64,000 bases of DNA from Epiperipatus broadwayi. Its lineage: Eukaryota > Animalia > Onychophora. A program made the position numbers and the translations under genes. Where the stretch lies: positions 5,518,001 through 5,582,000 of the forward strand of contig JAQFVV010000011.1 in assembly GCA_028023455.1 (NCBI GenBank), given 5' to 3'. The notes beneath the pieces are model-generated. The model saw nothing but the letters and a program-made list of their open reading frames with translations. It was not told the origin of the DNA and searched no databases. This document shows positions 38,920-51,471 of this stretch, in pieces; positions within the stretch are counted from its first letter, which is position 1, and each line of letters begins with the position of its first letter.

Positions 38920-41454
38920 AAAAATAGAATGACTTTATTGCTATAAAGTTTATAAGCAGTTTCAGGATCTACCAATACATCAATCCATGTAGGACAGTAT
39001 TTTCTAAGATCTCAAGCTAATTGAACATCATGTTCAAATAAATCTTAAATGAAGATTATTCGTAACATGTAGTCATTTTCTGAATATGAAAGGTTTTGGA
39101 ATATTTTATTTGTTTTTTATTGCTTCACAGTTTAAAAAGATTACATAAGAGTAAATTTAAAAAAGTTTTTTTTTATTATTTTTTTTATTATCATATCATC
39201 ATCATCATCATCATCATCATCTACTTATGATATTATTCTACTATTATTGTATATAAAATAGTCTTCTGTTTAGTTTAATAGATCTAAATTTGCCAAAATA
39301 TAAAATAAATTCTTTAATTTTTTTTTTTTTTTTAATTACTTTTTTTAAATAACACTATACTTGTTAATTTTTATTGGGTAACTTCTCTTGATTTTTTCTT
39401 TTCAGTTTGTATATATTGTATTTTTTTAAATTTTATTAATCATAGTGCCACTTAATGATTATTAAAACCAAAAATTGCTTCGCAAAATTTTAAAACATAT
39501 GGAATGGGAATTATCATTGTACCCAAAGAAATGAATAACATTATGATTTTTAAATGTATAAAGGAATCAAAAAGAAGATAAATATATAAAAATTAATGAG
39601 ATGTATTGATGAATTGTAACAAAAAAAAAAAAAGAAATCTGGATAAAAGATTAAAGAAATAAAATAAAATATGAAATATTGTTCAAGATATGAAAAAATA
39701 TGGATATAGATAGGAGATTGAAAAATATTTCTTCTATTTTATATTGTTATTTATAATTTTCTTTAATAATTTTTCATTAGGAAGATTTGCATCTTTTTTT
39801 AATCATTATTATTTTTTTTTTGTATTGTGTTATATTTTGGTTTGCTCTGTTAAGTCTTGCATAGTTTGGGTTAGTGATAGAGTGGAAGACTGGATTTCAG
39901 TTCATGAATTGCAGACCAGCCTTGTCACAGTTGATGCTTGAATTTCTTATGAATTATCAGAAAATAAACCGTTTGATTATTATTATTTTTGCTATGTTGA
40001 GATTTTTAAAATGAAGTAAATATGATAAAAAGTAATCAAATAGCTTATTGTTTGTGAGTTTATAAAAATTTCAAGCATAGAAATAACAGAACTTGATCTG
40101 AATCCCAAAACATTCAGTTCCAAAATATGCTACCTTACTAATCACACTAAGCACTAATATCTGTTTATAATTGTATTTGAAATGAGAGGAAGATTATGAA
40201 TAGCCCTGAAGGCAGAAGAGGATCTATAATCGAAACAGTGGAAAATCGATCATTTATTGTGGCTAATGACAGTAGTTAGCATTAGTATGTCTATTCTCTC
40301 CTGTTTTTTAGTTCCATCTGACAAATTGGGTTACTTAGATAAATATTGTTACACTAATTATAAAGAATAAATTATGAATGAAATATTTGTGCAGCTTTTA
40401 TAAAGAATCTTAAAATGGTTTGGACATTTCTCATTGGGAAATAGGAACTAGGTAAGAAAAGTCAATTATTGAATTAAATAAATTTCAATTGTTTAATTAT
40501 ATACTTTATATGAGAATTTAGAATATTCAAATTTAATGGATAGTAGACTTATTCCAAATAGAAATAGGATGACACAGTTATAACTTTAATTATGGAGGAT
40601 TAAATGGTTTGTTAGGTCACCTGGTTTGGAAATAATTTAAAATATGTAGCTGCTAGAGGTTTCTAATAGTTAAAAATACTAGAAATTTATTTATAGCTAT
40701 AAGTTCAAGAATAATGTTAGATTCAGAGTAAATTCTTTTAACATTATTATAATCATAAAATATATCTGTAAGTCAAATAATATTGAACTGTATATATCTG
40801 TAAGTCAAATAATATTGATGATAAAACTGTTTCACAGAGGAATGAAAGTAACTTTTAATCTTTTATTTAATTTATTCTCATTCTTCATTATTTAAATTTA
40901 AGATTTCTAACCTCCTCAAATGATACTGTTTTTATAAAGTATAAGATCAAGAGTTATGGTGAAAGATTTTTAAAATTTGTCTTTATAAAATGATATGATA
41001 ATATGCAACATAACACTTTTATGAAAAAGCTCTGTAGAAATGGTCATGAAGATCAAATGATGTAAGATAAAATAATACAAAATGGATAATACCAGTGATA
41101 CATAGCTATACTTTTCAGAGAGGAGACACAGATTAAGATTATAACTTAGTTATTATAAATATTGAGTTGAAGTTTAAGAAATTAAATAAAAGCTATTGTT
41201 CAGTATAGACAAGAACTGACCAAGATAGCCATGGTACAGATGTTAGAAAAATATAAGTTATTGGTTTTTAAAAATCAACAATTCTAATTAGGTTATAAAA
41301 GAACTATTACTGGAGAAAAGATTGGGAAAAATGACTTCATTTAAGAAAAATTGAATTGTTGCAAGAAAAAGAGCAATGAAAAACAAAAATGACATTTTAC
41401 ATCTTGTAATAAGTTAAAGAAGGCAATGAAGAAGGACAGACAAAGTTGGAATTC

Positions 41455-42685
41455 AGTAGGATAATATATTTTATTTTCTGAGTTTGATCAGCTATAGTCA
41501 GAACTTCATTAAGATTATTAATTCACACAGAATTAATAGTAATGAGGTATTTATTAGGTGAGATTGATTATTTAATGTTATACTTTATGCTTTAGTGAGG
41601 AGTTTTTACATAGTAATATCTATTATAATTGATGATTTTGAAAATTGATTAGTTCCATTAATGTTAGGGACTTCTGATATAGCATCACCTTAATTAAATA
41701 ATTTAAGTTTTTTATTATTAACACCATCATTTTTTAATATTTTTGTTAAGATCTTCTATAGTTAAAAGTGGAGCTTGAATTGAACAGACTGTTTATCGAC
41801 CAGTATCAAGAAATTTAACTCATATGAGCAGTTTGATAGATTTAACTATTTTTTTATTATATTTTTCTGGTTTTTTTTTCTATTTTAGGATCTTAAATTT
41901 TATTACAACTATAATTAATATATGAACATATGGGATAATTTTTAAGCATGTTCTTTTTTTTTTTTTTTTATCTGTTAAAATTACTGCTGTTTTATTATTG
42001 TTATCATTACCTGCATTAGCAGGAACCATTACAATATTATTAACTGACCAAAATTTAAATACTTCTTTTTTTTTTGATTCAAGCAGGTTGAGGGGATCCA
42101 TTTTACATCAGCATTTTAATTTTACCAGAGTTTGGAATAATTTTACATATTATTAATCATTACAGAAGGAAGAAGGAATCTTTTTGATTATTAGAAATGA
42201 TTTATTCAATATGTAGTTTATTACATTTTATTGTATGAGTTTATTACATTTTTACAGTTGGAATAGATATTGATACAAGAGTATATTTTATAGCTACAAT
42301 AGTAATGATTGCTGTTTAGATAGAAATTAAGATATTTAGATGGCTTATAACTTTACATGGAGTGAAAATATTTGAACCTGGTTGTTATAGGCTATAGGGT
42401 TTATTTTTTTATTGAACAATTGATGGAATAACTAGTACAGTATTAGATAAGTCTTTTTTAGATATTGTTTAACATGGTGTATATTTTCATTTTATTTTGT
42501 CAAAGTATTTGCTATTTTAGGAGGAATTGTTCAACGATTTCCTTTGTTTCTTGAGGTTACAATAAATTGAAATTGATTGAAGATTCTTTTTTTTTCAGTG
42601 TTTTTAGGGATAAATATAACTTTTTTTTACTTCAACAGTTTTTAGGGTTTTCTGGAATACCTCACTGATATTCTGATTATCCAGA
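41455..42685 (+). pseudogene. cox1: Nuclear mitochondrial pseudogene (NUMT) of cytochrome c oxidase subunit I
   Basis: Collinear, frameshifted matches to COX1 motifs: NWLVPLMLG (TGA=Trp), [36 protein letters not shown], and ...YSDYP. Many indels and stops. Confidence 0.92.
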
Positions 42686-44075
42686 AATATGTATGAATTC
42701 ATTAACAAAATTAAAAGCATGAAAATAGATATTAATAATAAAATTGTGTCACTTGATGTAAATGGCTCAATGCCCAGAATGGAATCTATTGAAGTGATTA
42801 ATGAATTGCTAAGTAACAGCACCTATGACCATCACAAAATAAAATTTATAATAGAGGTTTTTAAATGGATTGACAAAGACCTCACACCAGCAGTAAATGG
42901 AAAATATTATAAAATGAATTATTGCTGGCTGATGGGCTTCCCCCATGAGCGTTATCATCAGTAGTCTATTCTTAGCAAAAATTTAAAAAAGTATTATACC
43001 TAATCACAGATATTTAAACTAGTTTATAATATACACAAGATATTAGATGACACATTTATATGTTCTACAGACACACAGATTGATGAAATACAATAGGAAT
43101 TGGAACAAGCATCAACACTGTCATGGACCTTGGAGGAAGAAGGAAATAATAGAGAAATAAAGTTTTTGGACTTATATATACAAAGACAGGGCCACATGCT
43201 AGACTACAGAATGATGATTAAGCCCCTAAATATAAAAGAAGTGATCCACCCTAGATCAATAACCACAATATCTCATAAATATAGAGATTTCTTATGCAGA
43301 AATCATACACTATTCATGTTTGAATATGATAAAAAGAACAACATTGACCAGTACACTAATTATCTCCGAAACATGGGATATAATCATGATAAAATCATAA
43401 ACACCATAAAGAGATTCTATAAAAAAAATAAGAAATCCTTGCCCCAACCAACAAGTGGAACCTAAAAACTGAATAAGTCTACTGTATATTCCAAAAATTG
43501 CAGATAAAAATATATGTAAAAATAAATTTAATATAAGCTTTCAAACTGCTCCATCATTTAATCAATAACTCTAGAGACCCTATACCAAATGAATCAGCAC
43601 ATCAAGTGGTCTATAGAATTAAGTTCAGCCAATCGGCTTGCAATGCTGCATATTATGGGGAGTCGAGAGCCAATTTGTCAACAAGACACTCAGCACAAAT
43701 ATTTATGCAATAGAGTCCTCAGACAAAGAACCCACTTCAATATTTACAGACCATGAGCAGAAAACTGATCATAGATTCAAGCTAACAAAAGCAGAGATAG
43801 TGTATACTGAGAGGATAGAAAAGAAATGATTAAAGAAGCATGTGCAATAGCTGGTGACCATTTTTCTCTAAACAAAAAAGAAACAAATGTACCCATTTCA
43901 AACAAATGGGCTATTTCAATATTCAAATTTAAATTTTAAATTAAAATTGAGTATGTGAACAGTTAATTAAACATTGATATAAAGAACCATTTAATTACAC
44001 TACTATATGCCATGAATATGATATACTAAAAATATATTGAAAGCATGCTAGGCAGTAATAAAGTTAAATATTATT
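42686..44075 (+). mobile_element. 5'-truncated Penelope-like element: RT, thumb and GIY-YIG relics
   Basis: KIVSLDV, NGKYYKM...MGFP, a TRY/LDDTF-like motif, EEEGNNREIKFLDL, and GIY-YIG-like SGLYRIKF...YYGES...EQKTDHRF...IKEACAI. Confidence 0.8.
44008..44054 (+). ncRNA. Degenerate hammerhead relic in the 3' terminal repeat of the PLE
   Basis: TGCC-ATGAATA (two changes from CTGAAGA)-stem II-GAAA-GCATGC-T-A-GGCA, with palindromic stem III AGCATGCT and a 4-bp stem I. Confidence 0.5.
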
Positions 44076-44195
44076 AAAAAAACTACTTTTTCTGTGTATA
44101 TTTTCATTTTACCAGATATTATCTTGGTTCAGAAAAGAAGAAAATAGTAACATTTGAATTATTTGGTATTTTCCTGAAGGTTTGTGTTGATGGTT

Positions 44196-45439
44196 TTTAT
44201 ATATTGGACTATTTTTGTTATCTATAATTGACTATTGAATGTCTTTAGAAAAAATTAACTTCATTTAAGTTTTCGAATTACAGTCAATTATTACACATAG
44301 GTTAATATATACACAGTATTTCGAGAAGTATTTTCCTTTCTTCTTCAGATATTGCTGGCCTGATCAGTGACAGTACTAGTATGGCAATTGAACCTGGACT
44401 CTTAGATTCTTGAGTAACACTTTAACCAACTGAGCCATCCTGCCGAAGGCAACAGGCAGTAGAAATTTCATATACTTATCTTTTGTATCATTTCCTCTCT
44501 ATCCAATATTTTTGTATTTTTCCAATTGAACATATGTTCATTGGTATATACATGATCTGCTACTTTAAACATATTTGTTTTTTCTTTTCTAATCATCAGT
44601 TTGTGCTCTTGCAATTGCTTTTCAATGGGAAACTGGTCTCATCAATATACAGTACTGTAGTATATCCATATTTACTAAAAATAGCAGAGAAATTAAGAAA
44701 AATATGCAATCAGTATAACATCAAGACAGTTTTCCAGATCTATACCACATTACAAAGAGTTCTAACATTTACAAAACCTGAATTTGAAATGCTGAATAAC
44801 AAAAACTGCATCTATGAAATACTATGTGAATGTGGAAGAATGTATATTGGTGAGACCAGTCACTCCATTGAAAAGTGATTCCAAGAGCACAAATGTTTGA
44901 TTAGAAGAGATAAAACAGATGTGTCTAAGACAACAGACTATGTATATATCAATGAACATATATATGTTCAAGTGGGAAAATATAAAAAACATTGGATAGA
45001 GAGGCAAAGGTACAAAAAAGAAAATTCAAAGAAACTGCTCACATGACAATGGTGAGTAACCCCATAAATCAACCTAGTATGGCTATATATAATGTATGGA
45101 AACCATTAATCAATTTTGCCCTTAGGAAAAAGTTGAGAAATCAGGAGGAATCTCATAAATAAGTATATGAAATTTCTATTGACTGTTGCTTTAGGCAGGA
45201 TGGTTCAGTATTCAAGAATCTAAGGTTCCAGGTTAGATTCCCATGCTAGTACTGTTACCGGTCAGGCCAATAACAACTGGAGAAGTGAGAAGAAGAATAC
45301 TTCTCAAAATGTTGTGCATATATTACCCGGCGTGCTATTACTGACAGTTGACTGTACTTTGAAAATTTAAATAAAATTACATTTTACTAAAGACATTCAG
45401 TAATCAATACTAGATGATGTACATAGTCCAATATATAAA
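44196..45439. mobile_element. Second PLE as a fold-back: GIY-YIG 3' end plus terminal repeat on the plus strand (44650-45439), with an inverted partial copy (44196-44650)
   Basis: NKNCIYEILCECGRMYIGETSHSIEK*FQEH...NQPSMAIYNVWKPLI. 44196-44480 is the inverse of 45158-45439, and 44490-44650 is the inverse of about 44830-45010. Confidence 0.85.
44300..44445 (-). ncRNA. tRNA-like A/B boxes followed by a degenerate hammerhead in the PLE terminal repeat
   Basis: The minus strand reads GGATGGCTCAGTTGGTTAAAG...CCAGGTTCAATTGCC...CTGAAGA-AGAA..TTCT-CGAAATACTGTGTAT. The plus-strand twin has GGTTAGATTCCC and a covarying stem III (TGT/GCA versus TAC/GTA). Stem I register is imperfect in both. Confidence 0.55.
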
Positions 45440-45599
45440 TACAATTGAATTATTTGGTTTAGTTCATGAATGAGTAGATGTAGCATTAGATAGGGCTGTT
45501 TAGTTGATAAACATAAATGTATTTAGTTTCGACCTGTTGAATGAATTGAACTATATATTTTGTTTTCAAACAAATTTTTTCCATAAGATATTTTTTCAA

Positions 45600-47420
45600 A
45601 AGATTACTGAAAAAGTTAGTGAGAAGATAATAAAGTATAAGATTGATAGAATTTGACCAAATTAAATGAGCGGAGGTTCAACAGGATTTTCCCAATTCAT
45701 ATTAGAAGAAAAACATTTCTGAAGAAACTTGTAGATGGAAATTGATTAATTTGATTTTTAAAAAAAGGGAAATTATTTTGTGAAATGGTAGGAAGAAGAA
45801 ATAAGTTATAAATCCAAGTAAGTATATAAGATGATGAACTTGATAGTCAAAAAGGTGATAATAAAAAAATGAATATGAAAAGTGTTTATCAGTTAGAATA
45901 AAGTGATGATCGAAATATTGTTAGAAATTACAGTATATAAAGCAATATTCAATGAAAAAGTATTAGAAAATAAATAAAAGAATTTGCTGTAATTGCACCA
46001 CTATCTTATAATAGTGAAGATATTTGATTAAAAATTCAATGAATAATAATGATTTGAGGAACAATAAGAGCCCTGGAAATAATGGAATATCTGGGAAGTT
46101 ATTCCATATAATGGAGATAGAGAATTTACTGATTGTGTAATATTGCATGGAAAGGAATGTAGCAAAAATATGGCAATGTCACTGTTAGCACCAATATATA
46201 AAAAGTAAAGAAAAACATTATGTGAAAGCTACCAAAACTATTGCACTAATTATCATTTTAGGGAAAGTCTTATTGACATCCTGTACAAAAAATTTAAAGA
46301 CTAATTAGAGAAATATTTGGGATACGGAGTAAGCTGCATTTAGAAAGGATAGAATTACAGATGTTATTACTTTGCTTTATTATAGAGAAAAATAGAAAAA
46401 GAAACCCGTATATGTGCACAGTTGACTTTCAGAATTTTTTGACAACATTCATTAAAAGATGGATATAATTTGATTTACATGGAGTAGATAATTAATTACT
46501 TAATCTTTTAAATATCTATAATAATTCAAAGGCATCCATAAGGATGTGTGGAAAAACTGGCATCTTGCTTGAAATTGAAAAAAACAACAACAACATAGGG
46601 CAAGGATATCCTTTCTCTCTAAGCATATTCATCATGCATCTGGAAGGAGTAATAGATAAAATCAAATGAAGTTGCAGTGGGATATCAAAATTACATGGAA
46701 TGAGTGTAAATAATTTAAAATATGAAATGAAGTAATAATAGTTTAAGAAGATGAAATAAATATTGAAATCAATATCAGAGAAAGAAACAAAGAGAAAATG
46801 AAGAGAAATGTTAAAAATTTATGAAACTGAATTAGATAACATAGAAAATTTGGTATATCTTGAAATTAATATCACTATTGATTGGAATTGTCAAAAGCAA
46901 TAAAATTAAGAGTAGCCAGAGCAAAGAGCATTCCTAAAAATTATCAACTGCATTTGGGGAAACAAAGACATCTGGGTTACCAACTATATTTGCCCATATA
47001 TTACAAGGTTTTAATGATAAAATATTTATTAGGAAGAACCTTGACATTTGAACAAATTTGTTACTGGAACTTATTGAGAAGCAGTTGCTTCTAAAAAGTT
47101 CGCAATGAAATATAAAAAGTTGAATTGATGAAAAATTTTATTGAAGAAAGTCTACAAGAGAGAAAATGCAATTATTTGGTCATGTATGTTAAATGATTGA
47201 TGCTCATCAATGAAAAATTTTAATTTTTGGTATTACTTATGACACAGCAACAAAAAAAGATAATCCTGGAAAATATTAATAGTTGATTTTAAAGAATGAT
47301 GTGAATTAATCTGAATTTATGTAGCTTTGAATGGAATAGACAAAACTGGAGATAGTCGAGAAATCATCATATATTTATGGTCGGTCACTTAGTGCTCACT
47401 ATTACTGATGATGATAACAA
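45600..47420 (+). mobile_element. Heavily decayed RTE-like LINE reverse transcriptase
   Basis: Scattered, frameshifted motifs in the expected order: NNKSPGNNGISG, APIYKK-like, IALI.ILGKVLL, AAFRK, VDFQ..FDNI, QG.P.S, YL, YFGHV. Confidence 0.6.
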
Positions 47421-48544
47421 TAAAGGGCTGTAATAGATGTGAAGCTTCTTAAGAATTTTTTTATATATTTATACTGCATTATCTTTATATTGCACTTTAT
47501 GTTAAATTTTTTTTTCTTTTAATTTTTAAGTATTTTTGCAGTTGAAATCTAGATTTAAATATTTCATTATAGTTATTCATGTTCAGATTATTCATGCTCA
47601 TTTGACTCTTAAATATCACATCTATTATAGTATTTCAAATCGTCCCTTTTTATTTTTATAAATAGTATATAGCATTCCACTAATAAATAAAAAAAATAAT
47701 TTGATAGCAGAGACATCTTATGGACTGTTAGCAAAATAAAAAAAAAGGTTAACTTTTTTTTTTAAGCCAACTGATTTAAATTCTAATATTTAAATAAAAT
47801 TTTACTTTATTTACATTTTTTTAAATATTAAATGTCAATAATTTAAATCCAAATGTCTACAATAATATATAAACAAACAAAAATCCCAAAAATAAAAACA
47901 ATTTTTATTTTAAAATTTTCATATTCTTTTTTGTAATCTTGATAAATTTGTTGCTTTTTGGTAAATGTTATTTTGAATTGAATATCATACATTACACACA
48001 CACACACACGTTTTATATGTATTTCTTGGCAGAAAGAAATTGCCTTGTTCAAAAATAAATAATGACGCTATATGCTACAAATGAATGCAAAGGGGTCTTC
48101 CATCAAGATCTGTTATAAACCTTCCTTTTACATCATGATCCAGTCCATTTCTATTTAAAAGTTTTAAGTTTTACAATAGTGGTAATCTGGCTGAAATCCA
48201 TATACTTCTTATGTTTTCAATATATGTCTTTGTAGTATTTACAATCTATGTTTCATTTTAAAATTCACACACTATATTTTACAATTATAAAAAAAAAAGC
48301 AGACAAAATATTCTAATAAAAGATTTTCTTGTTAAATATAGTCTTATATTTCTTTTAGATATAACATTAAGCCTTCTCCACATCATTTAAATTTTTTTAT
48401 TTACTTACTCCATTCTATTTGGTGTAATAAACATTAGCTAACCAAGAAAACATATTGTTTTGTTATATAAATTATAATGTTTTCAGGAAGTACAGATTTT
48501 CTAAACATTATTATACTTTTACATCATACTATCATTTTCTATGC

Positions 48545-48738
48545 TTACGGTAGCAATCTCTCCATATGGTAGTGTATCCAGTGCAAGCCTTAGTAATCAA
48601 TAGATGCAGGAAGTCATCTAATATCATGACTAGTTTTTAACTTGTGGTTCTCATCAGTGAGGAGCTTGTATCTAGGTGCAGTGCTCTCATGTCCAAAGCT
48701 CTGCACTGATGAAAGTCACAAACTATAAACTAATCTGG
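48545..48738. repeat. Fold-back copy of the 455-bp HHR repeat family, left part (continues at 55302-55410)
   Basis: An inverted HHR at 48622-48665 and a direct HHR core at 48706-48735. 55302-55410 continues the unit (GGATATTGGATGAGTAGGCACTA...) and is the inverse of 48545-48625. Confidence 0.8.
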
Positions 48739-50623
48739 TGTGAACCCCCGCGACCGTGGCAACCTCCACTACCTTCGCTAATCCTTGCTTGACGATTCCT
48801 TTTTTTGTTGGCACCCGCTGTGTTCTTCCGTCCGGGGATTACATGATGTTCTGTGACGATAATTTCTAACACCTATACACGTACGCTTTATTTATTTTAT
48901 ACATAGATTCGAATCGAATCCCAGTAATAGGCGCCAGGAGAACTTTTAGAAGAGTCCGCCACGTATGTGCATAAGCCCACTCAATTATATCACAAAACAT
49001 GCCCGTGCCTCGCTCCAGTCGGAAACATGAAACGAACACAGCCACAATTACCCTTCACACTACCTCAGTTATCATAATCATAGGAAGGCCCGCCCTACAT
49101 CCCGCAGAACAAATTAATCCAACTTAACTTTAGTCTAAAAACATCACGACATAAGCATAAAATCAATAAAATCCTACCCCCAAAATATTAACTGCATTCA
49201 GCATAAAATCAATAAAATCCCACCCCCAAAATATCAACTGCATTCATTTCCATACAAGCAAATTTACGCTAAAGCATTCATTCCGATATATATAAATTTA
49301 TGTTGAAATTCCAAGCAATTAAATAACAAAAAAAATTTAGCTACATAAATATTTATTTAATCTGTTTAATAATGATTAACGCAGGTATGTGATCGGCAAG
49401 CCGAGACAATTAACGGTAAACTTCAAATTACTTGCACATATGATTTAAGACTGTTGGTCAGTCGGCAAATTTATTAGGTAAAAATTCTCGAACTGTTCAT
49501 AAATGTTTAATATTAATTATACTGTTCTAAATTAATGTCTTTCTAATAGTTCTGGATATTAAAGTTATTTCTTTAAGTGCACAATTGAATATAACAAATT
49601 TTACGATAGCTACCTGTGAAATGTAGAACGACTGTAATGGGATCCTGAGCGACGGTGATTCTTTAATGAGGCATTCCGGCAATTTGCGTGGTCTCCAAGC
49701 GAGCGTGGTCCTAATATGAGGTTCTCCGGTGGTATGAGCATCTTGATGGCAATCAGCTGGTCTGGACGCGGAGGTCCGGCGGTCAAGCCGCGAATTCTAT
49801 ATTCAGCAACGCATGGCAGTTAGATTCATAACGTCTAATAAAATCAAGTCTCTTAATAATCTCTCTAAAGAAGAGCACAACTGTCCTCTGAAAACGCTGT
49901 TCGGCCTTTTTGATCTTTGCCTTCACGCCCTCACACCTTGAATTTTTCTCCTCCAATCAATCCCATGCACCTGTGAGTCCCTTTATTTGATAAGTCCATC
50001 GCGTGTCAGCTCAACTCCGAGATTTCTGGGATTGTTGACATTAGTTTGGAATTTAACCGTTTTTCTTAGGTATTGTTTCTCTGGGGACAGAAATCTGAGT
50101 CGTACAATAGCGGTGTACACTTTCTCACACCTCTGTTTCTAATTTTGGCTTGTTTTATCTCGGCGTACCAGCACATATCCTGCCTATTGTTTCAATTTCT
50201 AATTTTACATTTACTAATTACATTTGTACAAATTAATCTGAGATTGCTTGGAATTTCAGAACATATTGCTAATTAATTTAAATTATTTGATAAAAGTTAA
50301 ACTTGCGTTCAATCATTCTTTTTTTTTAATTAATCAAAAATAAATGACAAAAAAAAAACTACAACGACGGATTATAGATTTATTCTTAGCACACACACAA
50401 AATAATAAAATAACAACAATTTTTACTCTTTTTTTCAATAAATCTGACAGGCACTCTTATATAGCTGCGATCGGCTTTTAGAAACGGCTGTTCTTCGCTC
50501 ATTATTAAAGCAAGACCGCTTTTATAAAAGTTTTGTCCCTGTCAGTTATTTCGTCAATTGATTATAGTTGAATATACCCCAATACGCCTGGGTTTGAATA
50601 CCATGTAACGCTATTCCGTTACA

Positions 50624-50637
50624 TATCTCCCCGCCCG
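50624..50637 (-). promoter_or_regulatory. Polypurine tract
   Basis: CGGGCGGGGAGATA abuts the 3' LTR on the minus strand. Confidence 0.8.
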
Positions 50638-51471
50638 GTGTAGAGTAAAATCCGATGTTGCGGGTTTTAGCTCTGAGAAGGAGCGAAGTTATTCGGCCCT
50701 CTTCAGTGCCCTAGCATTGAATGTTCCATTAATCATTTTTTTTTCCTTTTGTGCAGCGTCCAACGAATCGACCCCACGTCCTCCTTTCCTTTGTGCGATA
50801 CGGGTCCCATTATGGCGGCTTTCCCGGCCGTTCGTCTGCGGCTCCGCCTTCCCTTAAAATTTGGATCAGGTGCTCTGCAGTCAGACTTCCCTTTACAACG
50901 ACTATTAACGGAGAAAAGACAATAAAACGATTTGGTAATCTAGGGTCTGTCACGATTGACGACAAGGGCCAATTGGTGTCGTGCATCCCTGACAGGAGAT
51001 ATGGGGATGGACCTTTCCGAAGTCCCTGATACAGAACATGATCGATCTCGATCTACGATTTTGGGAAGTCTGGACCGCCCAGCAATAACAACGTTTGGGA
51101 AGTGAGCTAGCACGAACTCTAACGAAATGTTTTACGTGATTTCCCGCACTTAGGTTGGGCCCGTCATGTGCCAGCCGTCTCCCGGACTTACAAGGTACTC
51201 TCAGGTCGACCCACCAACACGTTGGCTCTATAGGCTATAGGCTGCTTTGCGAGCGTTTGATCTGTTTGTTTTTCTATGTTATACCCAAGGCTGGGGTTGG
51301 TCATCCCCCCTTTTCCCCTCCGTTTTTTTTTTTTCCATTTCCAATATCATATTCCGATTCTTGTCATAGGTCATACCCGGTTCGTGGCATCTATTTCCCA
51401 TTCGAATTCCCTTTAACATTTGTCCTTCTGATATCCCTGGTCGTAAACTAATTTTCCCTCCGTTCTGTTGG

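Noticed and set aside
40196-40279. Short ORF MNSPEGRRGSIIETVENRSFIVANDSS as a host exon
   Set aside because: No convincing splice sites and no recognisable homology.
40761-40818. 26-bp direct duplication (period 32)
   Set aside because: An ordinary slippage-type duplication. Similar small ones occur at 17294-17329, 17635-17672 and 20779-20830.
41455-42685. Functional mitochondrial cox1 or a mis-assembled mitogenome
   Set aside because: Numerous frameshifts and stops, and it is flanked by nuclear repeats.
50073-50276. Identical 67-aa ORF in both LTRs (also 54754-54957)
   Set aside because: The identity follows from LTR duplication. The ORF starts at a non-ATG codon and has no recognisable domain.
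50990-51100. Protease remnant (PNVVIAG...IVDRDRSCSV) on the minus strand
   Set aside because: No D(T/S)G motif, so the similarity is too weak.
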